Part shown: in pieces, positions 6,871 through 14,226 of the stretch
How the letters are laid out: every line of letters starts with the position of its first letter
Position numbering within the stretch: the stretch's first letter is position 1
Source of the DNA: an uncultured Candidatus Micrarchaeota archaeon
Lineage (GTDB): Archaea > Micrarchaeota > Micrarchaeia > Micrarchaeales > Micrarchaeaceae
Assembly: GCA_963741095.1 (NCBI GenBank)
Contig: CAVUGN010000001.1
Span: forward strand, 88,996 to 120,995
Length of the DNA: 32,000 nucleotides
Reading direction: 5' to 3'
Translations under genes and position numbers: made by a program
Notes under the pieces: generated by a model
What the model was told of the DNA's origin: nothing
The model's input: the letters and a program-made list of their open reading frames with translations, nothing else
The model's database searches: none

Positions 6871-9285
6871 CTAGCGGCTCTCCTGGTCGATGTAATTGTT
6901 GATGGCGTCTTCTGTGGTTTTTGGCGGGTTGCTCTGCGGAACGCTGTACTCCGGAGGATTGGATTCTCTTCTGAAGAGGGTAAGGTAGACGATGACCAGC
7001 GCTACCACAAACAGAAGGATGGCCACCAGCGTGAGTGGATCGATTATCGACTTCTGTGAAGGTATCTTTGGCAACAGGCTCGTCGTGTTGGTCTCGGTTA
7101 TGTTTGTCTCGAGGTACCCGAATCCTATCGCATATATCGACAATCCTGGCGAGGTCGCCGAATAGAAGTACTGCGTTGCATTCGATCCGGTAAGATTGGT
7201 CGGAAGGGCGATCCATCTCGCGGCAGTGATGTTTTGCCTGTAAAGACGCACGGATTGCGGACTAACGCCCCCCATGGTAAGCAGACGCTTGCTCACGTTG
7301 AACCGGTACTGGACGGCTTTTATCAGAGAGTCGTTGACGCTGCTGTTTATCACGATGACTCCTATCACGTTGCCCAGGTTGGTGTTGGAGGCTATGGCGC
7401 TGGTTATCGTGTTGGACGCGCTTACGCTGTTGTACACCGTTATGCCAGCCGCAAGCGCGGTTATGTTCCGGCTTGGCACCAGGACCATCGAGTTCAGGGA
7501 TATCCTCTTTGCGCTCGTGGTGTTGACGTAATTGCTCGAGTTCCTTACCAGGTTGGTGACGCTTATCACGGCAGAGTTCCTCTTTGAGCTGTACACCGTG
7601 ACCGTGGATGGAACGTAATGCGTCGTTCCCGTGTTGCCGTGTATCACCGCTGATGCATGAATGTCGGTGTGTGTGGTCACGCTGATGCTCGAGACGTTGG
7701 GCATGTAGTTAAGAACGTATTGTGCACCGAGCTGAGCGGGCGTTATTGATGACTGGTTTGCGGTTATCTTTCTTATTGTAGCCACGCTGATGTTCTGCGA
7801 GCCTACCGCGCTTGAGGAATTCCAGGATATGACCACGCCATTGGCGGTGCCGTTGGTCTGATTTGAGCTCATTATCGTCGAATTTATTATCGAGAAACCC
7901 TTCGGGGTGGAATTGGTCACGAACTGGTTCAGCAGCGTGGTGTTGGTTGAGAGGGTGTTTGCCCGGCTCGGGATGTTGCCTGCCGCGCTTATCGTTGTTA
8001 TTCCCTGGGTGTTGTTGACCGCACCGTTGCAGCCGTTGCAGTTGACCACGACCGAGTTGGGTGTGGTCGACAGCGCGATTAGCGCGTTCGCAGATATGCC
8101 TATCGAGCTTGAGATGTTCTGGATGGCTGCCTGCGACGAATTGCTTACGGATACGGCGACTCTGGGCGACCAGCAGCCCATTGTGGTCGCATTGTACACT
8201 GACGGGGGAGCGCATATGTACGGCACGTTGATGTACTGCGTTAGCGAGTAGCTCAGCGAGCCTGCGGCGTCCATCAGCTTGTAGCAATAATAAGCCGAAG
8301 CATTCGGGTAAACTGGGAAGTATGCGGGCGAGGCGTTGAAACTTAGGTACGTCACTGGCCTAGTGTCGGATCCGCATGCCGTGGATGAACCAGAGAACAC
8401 GTACATCCTGAAGGGCCTTGCGTTGCCAAACCATGACGCCCTTATCGTCGCGCTGCCGCCGGTTGAAGTGGCAGTCACGCCGGAGACCATGGATATCGTG
8501 AGGTTGGAAAGAGGTATTGCCTGTATTGTTGTCGTGATTGAAGTTGAGCTCGTGTGGTTCGCGATGGTGTTTGAAGGTATTGTGGTGGTGTATTGAATCG
8601 TGGTGGAGGTCGTGGGCTTGGTGGTGGTCGAGGAGGACGTTATCGAGCTCGTCACAGTGTTTGTCGGTATTGTGGTTGTTGTCGTGGTGGTCGTGGGGTT
8701 GATCACGTAGACGTACATTGCCTGTGAGTATGCGTAGTTGCTGGCCGAATCCACCGCTTTGTAGCAGTAGTAGCCCGATGCGGTTGGGTAGACTGTGATG
8801 TAATAATAGGATGCTGAAGGATAGTGGTACGTTGCCACGTTGTTGGTATCGGATCCGCAGGAGGAAGATGTGCCGGAGTATACATAGAGCGAGTATTGGC
8901 TTGGACCTCCGAGCCATGCGGCGCGCATCACCACGTTGCCACCGATGAGCACGTTTGCCGCAGACATGCTGATTGTCAAGCCGTATGGCGCAATTATGCT
9001 GTTGGATATTATTGTCGTGGAACTCGAGGAGGAGGATGTGCTGGAGACTGTCGATGTGATGGTTGATGTGATGGTGGATGTGGAGACGCTTGAAGATGAC
9101 ACTGTCGAGACGACCGATGTGGAGGACGACGAGCTGGAGGTCGGCTGGGATGTCGTTGATAAGGTGGTTGTCGGGGAGTTTACGGGTATGGTCGTAGAGG
9201 ATGTCGTGTTTATTGTGTTCGAATCGGCGTGGACGTAAGGCATGGCCATTACGGCCATGACAAGCACGGCCGAGAGCAGAACCAT
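6871..9285 (-). CDS. Large secreted, C-terminally membrane-anchored Ser/Thr-rich surface glycoprotein candidate (S-layer or adhesin-like)
   Basis: 804 aa. Signal peptide MVLLSAVLVMAVMAMPYVHA|DS. Long S/T linkers. Two homologous roughly 95-aa Cys-containing domains. About 29 N-x-S/T sequons by my manual count. The C-terminus has a TM helix (LTLVAILLFVVALVIVYLTLF) followed by RRE and an acidic tail. Confidence 0.8.
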   Translation of the reverse strand: MVLLSAVLVMAVMAMPYVHADSNTINTTSSTTIPVNSPTTTLSTTSQPTSSSSSSTSVVSTVSSSSVSTSTITSTITSTVSSTSSSSSSTTIISNSIIAPYGLTISMSAANVLIGGNVVMRAAWLGGPSQYSLYVYSGTSSSCGSDTNNVATYHYPSASYYYITVYPTASGYYCYKAVDSASNYAYSQAMYVYVINPTTTTTTTTIPTNTVTSSITSSSTTTKPTTSTTIQYTTTIPSNTIANHTSSTSITTTIQAIPLSNLTISMVSGVTATSTGGSATIRASWFGNARPFRMYVFSGSSTACGSDTRPVTYLSFNASPAYFPVYPNASAYYCYKLMDAAGSLSYSLTQYINVPYICAPPSVYNATTMGCWSPRVAVSVSNSSQAAIQNISSSIGISANALIALSTTPNSVVVNCNGCNGAVNNTQGITTISAAGNIPSRANTLSTNTTLLNQFVTNSTPKGFSIINSTIMSSNQTNGTANGVVISWNSSSAVGSQNISVATIRKITANQSSITPAQLGAQYVLNYMPNVSSISVTTHTDIHASAVIHGNTGTTHYVPSTVTVYSSKRNSAVISVTNLVRNSSNYVNTTSAKRISLNSMVLVPSRNITALAAGITVYNSVSASNTITSAIASNTNLGNVIGVIVINSSVNDSLIKAVQYRFNVSKRLLTMGGVSPQSVRLYRQNITAARWIALPTNLTGSNATQYFYSATSPGLSIYAIGFGYLETNITETNTTSLLPKIPSQKSIIDPLTLVAILLFVVALVIVYLTLFRRESNPPEYSVPQSNPPKTTEDAINNYIDQESR
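8224..8517 (-). repeat. Copy 2 of an internal roughly 95-aa domain duplication in the surface protein
   Basis: LTISMVSGVTATSTGGSATIRASWFGNARPFRMYVFSGSSTACGSDTRPVTY...YPNASAYYCYKLMDAAGSLSYS aligns with copy 1. Shared positions are LTISM, R-A-(A/S)-W, Y-V-(Y/F)-SG, CGSDT and YYCYK. Confidence 0.75.
8698..8991 (-). repeat. Copy 1 of the internal roughly 95-aa domain duplication in the surface protein
   Basis: LTISMSAANVLIGGNVVMRAAWLGGPSQYSLYVYSGTSSSCGSDTNNVATY...YPTASGYYCYKAVDSASNYAYS. Confidence 0.75.
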
Positions 9286-9320
9286 CGCAAGCAGAACGTA
9301 CGAATTCGAAGGGCTAGAAA

Positions 9321-9328
9321 TCTTTATA
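9321..9328 (-). promoter_or_regulatory. Candidate TATA box for the surface-protein gene
   Basis: The minus strand reads GGTATAAAGATTT. The TATAAAGA box ends about 36 nt upstream of ATG 9285, consistent with archaeal TATA-to-start spacing and a short leader. Confidence 0.4.
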
Positions 9329-9465
9329 CCAACACCGGTTATTGCAGACTCAGTGCAGATTTATATCCCTTTCCGAATATTTTGGAGGATGTTGTTCGGG
9401 GACAAAGAGGGGATGGCGCAACCAATGCGCAGATGCAGATTACCTAATGCAACCGATAAGATAGG

Positions 9466-9473
9466 TATAAATA
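9466..9473 (+). promoter_or_regulatory. Candidate TATA box for the 16S rRNA transcription unit
   Basis: AGGTATAAATACG lies about 80 nt upstream of the processing stem and about 140 nt upstream of the mature 16S 5' end. Confidence 0.4.
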
Positions 9474-9551
9474 CGTTTACGCCGTATACATTATGCTTCT
9501 TTCTGTTGTTTTTTGTTTGGTTAGAGTGAAAATTCCTGTTTGGAATTGGAT

Positions 9552-9588
9552 GTAGTCTTGAGGACGTGTATAGCGAAGAACTGCAACC
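9552..9588 (+). other. 5' strand of the pre-16S processing stem
   Basis: GTAGTCTTGAGGA (9552-9564) is perfectly complementary to TCCTCAAGACTAC (11656-11668). Further pairings are TGTA 9567-70 with TACA 11647-50, CGAAGA 9574-79 with TCTTCG 11641-46, and GCAACC 9583-88 with GGTTGC 11634-39. A 3-nt bulge (TAG 9571-73) lies next to the 4-bp helix. Confidence 0.8.
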
Positions 9589-10661
9589 AACAGTTGGTTA
9601 AGTTTAAAGACTCCAGTCGATGCTGCTGGAGGGCACCGCTATCAGATTTCGACAGCCATGCAAGTCGGCTCAACCACCTGGTTGGGCGGCGTACGGCTCA
9701 GTAACACGTAGTCAATCTACCGCAAAGAGGCGAATAACGTTGGGAAACTGACGCTAATGCACCATAGGCTATGACACCTGGAAGGAGTCATAGTTTAAAG
9801 GGACATGAATTGTAGTGTTTCCACTTTGCGATGAGGCTGCGGCGGATCAGGCAGATGGCGGGGTAACGGCCCACCATACCAATAACCCGTAGGGGATGTG
9901 AAAGCATAAGCCCCGAGAAGGGCACTGAGACAAGGGCCCTAGCGCTACGGCGTGCAGCAGGCGCGAAAACTCCACAATGTGCGAAAGCATGATGGGGGGA
10001 ATCTGAGTGATTCACTTCGGTGAATCTTTTGCTAAGTACAGCAAGCTTGGCGAATAAGTGCTGGGCAAGACCGGTGGCAGCCGCCACGGTAATACCGGCA
10101 GCACAAGTGGTGTCCACGATTATTGGGCTTAAAGCGCTCGTAGCTGGCCGAAGCCGTCTCATGTAAAATATTGGTGCTTAACATCAATGCGTGCATGAGA
10201 TACCCTTCGGCTTGGGAGCGGGTGAGGTCAGGAGTACTTATGGGGGAGGGGTAAAATCCTGTAATCCTATAAGGACTAACGGTGGCGAAGGCGCCTGACC
10301 AGAACGCATTCGACAGTGAGGAGCGAAGGCTAGGAGAACGAATCGGATCAGATACCCGAGTAGCCCTAGCAGTAAATTATGCAGACTCTGGTGTTACAAA
10401 CATCTCGAATGTTTGTAGTACCGTAGCGTAAGTGTTAAGTCTGCCGCCTGGGGAGTACGGCCGCAAGGTTGAAACTTAAAACAATTGGCGGGGGAGCACC
10501 ACAAGACGTGGATGCTGCGGTTTAATTGAATACATCGTCGGAAATATTACCAGAAGCGACGGCAGTGTGAAGGTCAGACTAAAGATCTTACCAGACGAGC
10601 CGAGAGGTAGTGCATGGCGATCGTCAGCTCGTGGTGTGAACTGTCCGGTTAAGTCCGGTAA

Positions 10662-11168
10662 GCTGGCGAGTGGTACAAATGACAAAGAAACTTGAATTGA
10701 ATCCAGACTTGAGTTACATGCTTGGTCTGCATCAGTGCAACAAGCAGGATTCTTATGTAGGCGTAGCTTCAGCAAGCAACGAGCTCATAGAGAGATTCGT
10801 GAAGCTTGCGTTGTACGACCTGAAGATCGAGCCGAACAAGATTCTTGTCGAGGAGGGAAAAGCGATTTTCTACAACTCGAAGATAAGGAAATTGTTCGAC
10901 AGTGCTCTTGGAAGAAGGATAAAGATATTCAAGTACCGAAACGAATACGCATCAAACTATCTTGCAGCCTTATACGACTGCAACGGTGGCGTAGACAGGA
11001 AAGGCCTCTTTCTGAGGAACCTGGAAGGTGCGGATGAAATGATCATGGAGAACATCGGATTCCACTCCGCGAAAGCGGGGTCAAAGAATTACGTGTTCAA
11101 CCAGGGATGAGTTTCTCACGTTTATCAGGCCCTACAGTATTAGGGCAAACCATTCGCCCGCCCGGTAA
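10662..11168 (+). mobile_element. Archaeal bulge-helix-bulge (splicing-endonuclease type) rRNA intron carrying a homing-endonuclease-like ORF
   Basis: The conserved 16S sequence is interrupted between GGTTAAGTCCGGTAA and CGAGCGAGACCC. The boundary is ambiguous by 7 nt because CCGGTAA occurs at both junctions (10655-61 and 11162-68). The intron ends pair (10662-73 with 11150-61), and a 4-bp CCGG/CCGG helix is flanked by UAA bulges on opposite strands. Confidence 0.85.
10670..11110 (+). CDS. Intron-encoded LAGLIDADG-like protein (compact, two degenerate motifs)
   Basis: 143-146 aa (GTG 10670 or ATG 10679). Motif 1 is LSYMLGLHQCNK and motif 2 is NYLAALYDCNGGVD, about 80 aa apart. This fits a single-chain double-motif LAGLIDADG fold. 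Both motifs carry N where the catalytic D/E is expected. Confidence 0.65.
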   Translation: MVQMTKKLELNPDLSYMLGLHQCNKQDSYVGVASASNELIERFVKLALYDLKIEPNKILVEEGKAIFYNSKIRKLFDSALGRRIKIFKYRNEYASNYLAALYDCNGGVDRKGLFLRNLEGADEMIMENIGFHSAKAGSKNYVFNQG

Positions 11169-11633
11169 CGAGCGAGACCCTCGCTGACAGTTGCAACGGG
11201 TTTAGAGATAAATCCGGCACTCTGTCGGGACCGCCTCTGTTTAAAGAGGAGGAAGGAGAGGGCCACGGTACGTCAGTATGCTCTGAATCTTCTGGGCCAC
11301 ACGCGGCATACAAAGGTTGGCACAATGAGATGCAATGCCGAAAGGCAAAGCCAATCCCCAAAAACCAACCTAAGTTCGGATTGAGGGTTGAAACCCACCC
11401 TCATGAAGCTGAAATGTCTAGTAATCGCTTGTCACCATCGAGCGGTGAATCTGTCCCTGCTCCTTGCACACACCGCCTGCCAAGTCACCTAAGTGGGGTC
11501 CTAGTGAGGCAGCACCTTAGGGTGCTTTCGAGTTAGGGTTCTATGAGGAGGGCTAAGGCATAACAAGGTATCCGTAGGGGAACCTGCGGATAGATCACCT
11601 TAAAACTTCGAGAGAAGTTACATAGTGTGCACA

Positions 11634-11668
11634 GGTTGCGTCTTCGTACATTAAATCCTCAAGACTAC
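11634..11668 (+). other. 3' strand of the pre-16S processing stem
   Basis: Complement of 9552-9588; see the 5' strand entry. Confidence 0.8.
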
Positions 11669-11675
11669 AAAATTC

Positions 11676-11682
11676 TTTTTTT
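11676..11682 (+). terminator. Oligo-T tract, candidate archaeal terminator after the 16S unit
   Basis: A run of seven T residues sits 8 nt after the processing stem. A second T6 run lies at about 11715-11720. Confidence 0.45.
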
Positions 11683-11797
11683 AATCGAATCGGAAAGGCG
11701 GGCGAGAGTAACTCTTTTTTGTTATGCCCACTACTTATGAAAAAGCGTATTGGAAAGGTATAAGTATGTATACAGTCTGTATATAGTTAGTGTCCGA

Positions 11798-12016
11798 ATG
11801 AAAACGATAATGTTGAGCGACGAAGCTTACAATAAGCTATTGTCGATAAAGGGCACAAAAAGTTTCACAGAGCTGCTCTCTGAGATTGTTGACAAACTTA
11901 GGAGTGATAAGATGAGTGATATAGACAGATTCTTTGGGATGATGAAAGATAGTGAAGCCGAAGAACTGCGTGGATTCGTTAAGATGTCTCGGGAATCTGC
12001 AAAGGCGAGATTATGA
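11798..12016 (+). CDS. vapB: VapB-type antitoxin (small, helical)
   Basis: MKTIMLSDEAYNKLLSIKGTKSFTELLSEIV... is typical of the small archaeal antitoxins found upstream of PIN genes. Its stop overlaps the PIN gene start (ATGA). ATG 11798 is preferred over the track start at 11750. Confidence 0.7.
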   Translation: MKTIMLSDEAYNKLLSIKGTKSFTELLSEIVDKLRSDKMSDIDRFFGMMKDSEAEELRGFVKMSRESAKARL

Positions 12017-12411
12017 AACTTTTCTTGGACTCTTCGGCACTCATAGATTTTTTTAATGGAGATACTTTGATACAAAATAGAATACACGCTGCAGACAAGA
12101 TCTGCACCAGCGTCGTATGTGCATACGAAGTTTTGATAGGCGAAAGATACAAGGAGTTGAAAGGCTTGAAGTCGTCTTATGATAAAGTTTCCCAGTTCTT
12201 TGATGAGATAGAGACTTTGCCTTTCACCTACTTAAATTCGATAAAGGCAGCTGAGCTGTCTGCTAAACTCGTATTGAAAGGGAAGAAAATGAATGGACTC
12301 GATGTAATTATAGCCGCTCAGGCAATAACAGAAAATGCTTGTTTGCTGACAAAGGATAGCGATTTTAAAGTTATACAGAAAACTGCCCCCGAGCTGGTTT
12401 TGGATAGATAG
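12013..12411 (+). CDS. vapC: PIN-domain ribonuclease toxin VapC
   Basis: 132 aa. MKLFLDSSALIDFF (first acidic D), ...YEVLIGE..., ...GLDVIIAAQA..., ...LLTKDSDF; this is the canonical PIN acidic-residue layout. Confidence 0.85.
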   Translation: MKLFLDSSALIDFFNGDTLIQNRIHAADKICTSVVCAYEVLIGERYKELKGLKSSYDKVSQFFDEIETLPFTYLNSIKAAELSAKLVLKGKKMNGLDVIIAAQAITENACLLTKDSDFKVIQKTAPELVLDR

Positions 12412-12495
12412 TAGTATACGGCAAAGATAAACTATTAATTTCGTTTCGAACAGTGGTTGCTTTCGCCTGAGATAAAAATCTTGAAGTAAGAGAGA

Positions 12496-13008
12496 TTACA
12501 CTCTCCTTCCCCTTCTGCCTCCAGGCCTCCTTGTGGTGTCGGTCGGTATCGGAGTCACGTCCTCTATCCTGTTGACCCTCAATCCGCTTCTTGCCAAGAC
12601 CCTGACGACTGCCTGTGCTCCTGGACCTGGCGTCTTCGCGCTGTGTCCGCCTGGAGCCCTTATCTCTATGTTCACGTTCGTTACCCCCTTCTCCTTCGCT
12701 GCTGCTGCCACTTTGTATGCGGCCTGCATTGCGGCGTATGGGGATCCTTCCTGAGAATCAGCGTTGACCATCATGCCTCCGGATCCGACCGCTATGGTCT
12801 CGGAGCCGCTGAGGTCTGTAAGCGTAATTATTGTGTCGTTCTTCGATGAGTAGACATGCGCGACCGCCCATCTTTCAGCCTTGGGCTTTATTATCGCCTG
12901 TTCCATGGCCTTTGCTTCGTATGACACTCGTTCCTTCTCCTTCTCCTGCTTGCCCTGTTGCACTTCAGGTTCCTTCTGTCCCTTCTTTGTTTTCTTTTGA
13001 TCTGCCAT
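12496..13008 (-). CDS. rps11: 30S ribosomal protein S11 (uS11) with K/E/Q-rich N-terminal extension
   Basis: ...[33 protein letters not shown]...[18 protein letters not shown]...[20 protein letters not shown] 13008 is preferred; GTG 13014 is the alternative. Confidence 0.92.
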   Translation of the reverse strand: MADQKKTKKGQKEPEVQQGKQEKEKERVSYEAKAMEQAIIKPKAERWAVAHVYSSKNDTIITLTDLSGSETIAVGSGGMMVNADSQEGSPYAAMQAAYKVAAAAKEKGVTNVNIEIRAPGGHSAKTPGPGAQAVVRVLARSGLRVNRIEDVTPIPTDTTRRPGGRRGRRV

Positions 13009-13016
13009 TAACACAC

Positions 13017-13598
13017 CTACTTCTTTTCAACCGGCGCGGCCTTCTCGACCTTCGGCGCCTTCTCCGGCTCAGGAGCAGCCGTGACCTCGACGGTCTCGGT
13101 CGTCTCATTCTTTATCGGGGTTATGCTTATCGGCTTGTAATAACCGACGAACTTCTCTAATTGCGAATCGACTATGAATCCGGGCTTGTTGACCCTCTTC
13201 CCGTTTATGGATATGAAGCCGTGAACCGTGAGCTGCCTTGCCTGCTTTATGCTCCTTGCAAGGCCCTTCCTGAAGACAACGGTCTGCAGCCTCCTTTCTA
13301 GAAGCGAGCTCGGCTTGAGATCCAGGAGGTCGTCGACCGCCGCGTTGGAGTTTATGACTCCAAGCCTTGAGAGCCTTCCGACGATCTGGCTTTTGCCGTC
13401 CTCGTTCTGTGATGATCCTGAAAGAAGCTCTCTTGCGTTACCCCTTATCCGGCTTATCTCCGATTGGGTCTTCCACAGCTCCTTCATGTTCTTGAGGCCG
13501 TACTGCTCTATCAGTTCGGTATCGTTCTTTATCCTCTCTAAGTTCCACCGCTCCTTCGGCTTTTCGAACTTTGATCTGTTTCTTCTTGGTGCGCCCAT
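13017..13598 (-). CDS. rps4: 30S ribosomal protein S4 (uS4) with acidic/Pro/Lys C-terminal tail
   Basis: [19 protein letters not shown]...[44 protein letters not shown]... Confidence 0.92.
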   Translation of the reverse strand: MGAPRRNRSKFEKPKERWNLERIKNDTELIEQYGLKNMKELWKTQSEISRIRGNARELLSGSSQNEDGKSQIVGRLSRLGVINSNAAVDDLLDLKPSSLLERRLQTVVFRKGLARSIKQARQLTVHGFISINGKRVNKPGFIVDSQLEKFVGYYKPISITPIKNETTETVEVTAAPEPEKAPKVEKAAPVEKK

Positions 13599-13602
13599 TC
13601 AA

Positions 13603-14226
13603 TCACTTCGCTGGTGCTGCGGCCGGAGCAGCTGCTGCCCCGCCTGCCGCCGGCTTCTCCTTTGCCGGTGAGGCCCTCGACGCCTTCTGCGCGTCCTTGA
13701 CTGCCTTCTTCGTGACTCCGACGGTCACTCCGGTTCTGCCGGTTGAACGTGTGTGCTGGCCCCTGACCCTTTGGCCGTACTGATGTCTCAGGCCTCTCCA
13801 CACCTTGTTTGAAATATCACGGTTGACGTCCTGCCTTGTCACGAACAGGAGATCGTTTCCTGTGCTGTGCGTCGACAATCCCGTTTCCATGTTCTTGTTC
13901 CTGTTAAGCATGAAATTTGGCACTCCGTATTTTTCAGGCGACTTTATGACCTCTTCAAGCCTTGCCACCTGTTCCTCGCTAAGCGAGCCCACGTTCGTGC
14001 TCCTCTTTATCCCCAGCTTGGATTCTATGATTATTGAGAGGACCTGGGACATGTTGGACCCTAGGCCCTTGACCTCGTGCAGCGAGCGCTCTATCGAGAG
14101 GGCGCCGTTGACGTCCCTTCCGGACAGTCGGACTATCGAGGACACGTTCTGCGTGCTTACTTTCTTCTCCTGCTGAGGCTTGCTTTCCTTGTTCTCCTTG
14201 TTTTCTTTTTCTTTTACTTCCGCCAT
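13603..14226 (-). CDS. rps13: 30S ribosomal protein S13 (uS13) with low-complexity N- and C-terminal extensions
   Basis: ...IVRLSGRDVNGALSIERSLHEVKGLG...WRGLRHQYGQRVRGQHTRSTGR.... ATG 14226 (MAEVKEKENKENK...) is preferred over the hydrophobic track start at 14313. The C-terminus ends ...AAGGAAAAPAAAPAK. Confidence 0.9.
   Translation of the reverse strand: MAEVKEKENKENKESKPQQEKKVSTQNVSSIVRLSGRDVNGALSIERSLHEVKGLGSNMSQVLSIIIESKLGIKRSTNVGSLSEEQVARLEEVIKSPEKYGVPNFMLNRNKNMETGLSTHSTGNDLLFVTRQDVNRDISNKVWRGLRHQYGQRVRGQHTRSTGRTGVTVGVTKKAVKDAQKASRASPAKEKPAAGGAAAAPAAAPAK

Larger units (their letters stand above)
9611..11600 (+). rRNA. rrs: 16S (SSU) rRNA gene, archaeal, interrupted by one 507-nt intron (mature length about 1483 nt)
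   Basis: Recognisable conserved blocks are:
- 5' CTCCAGTCGATGCTGCTGGAGG...
- GGTGGCAGCCGCCACGGTAATACC (10073-10096)
- GGATCAGATACCCGAGTAGCC (about 10343)
- GAAACTTAAAACAATTGGCGGGGGAGCACCACAAG (about 10471)
- GCATGGCGATCGTCAGCTCGT (10613)
- GGTTAAGTCCGGTAA | CGAGCGAGACCC (split)
- TGCACACACCGCC (about 11466)
- 3' GGGGAACCTGCGGATAGATCACCT (ends 11600). Confidence 0.95.

Noticed and set aside
8580-9230. Short periodic nucleotide repeats (GTGGTGGT, GATGTGATGGT, GAGGAGGA) that could suggest a CRISPR array or satellite.
   Set aside because: They are the reverse complement of Ser/Thr codon runs (ACC/ACA/TCC/TCA) in the low-complexity linkers of the surface protein. The period is irregular, and there is no repeat-spacer structure.
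9788-11536. ORFs predicted inside the 16S rRNA gene (9788-10162 -, 10476-10775 -, 10735-11037 +, 11140-11361 -, 11330-11536 +).
   Set aside because: They lie in rRNA exon sequence, or in an alternate frame of the intron ORF. Only the 10670-11110 frame shows LAGLIDADG-like motifs.
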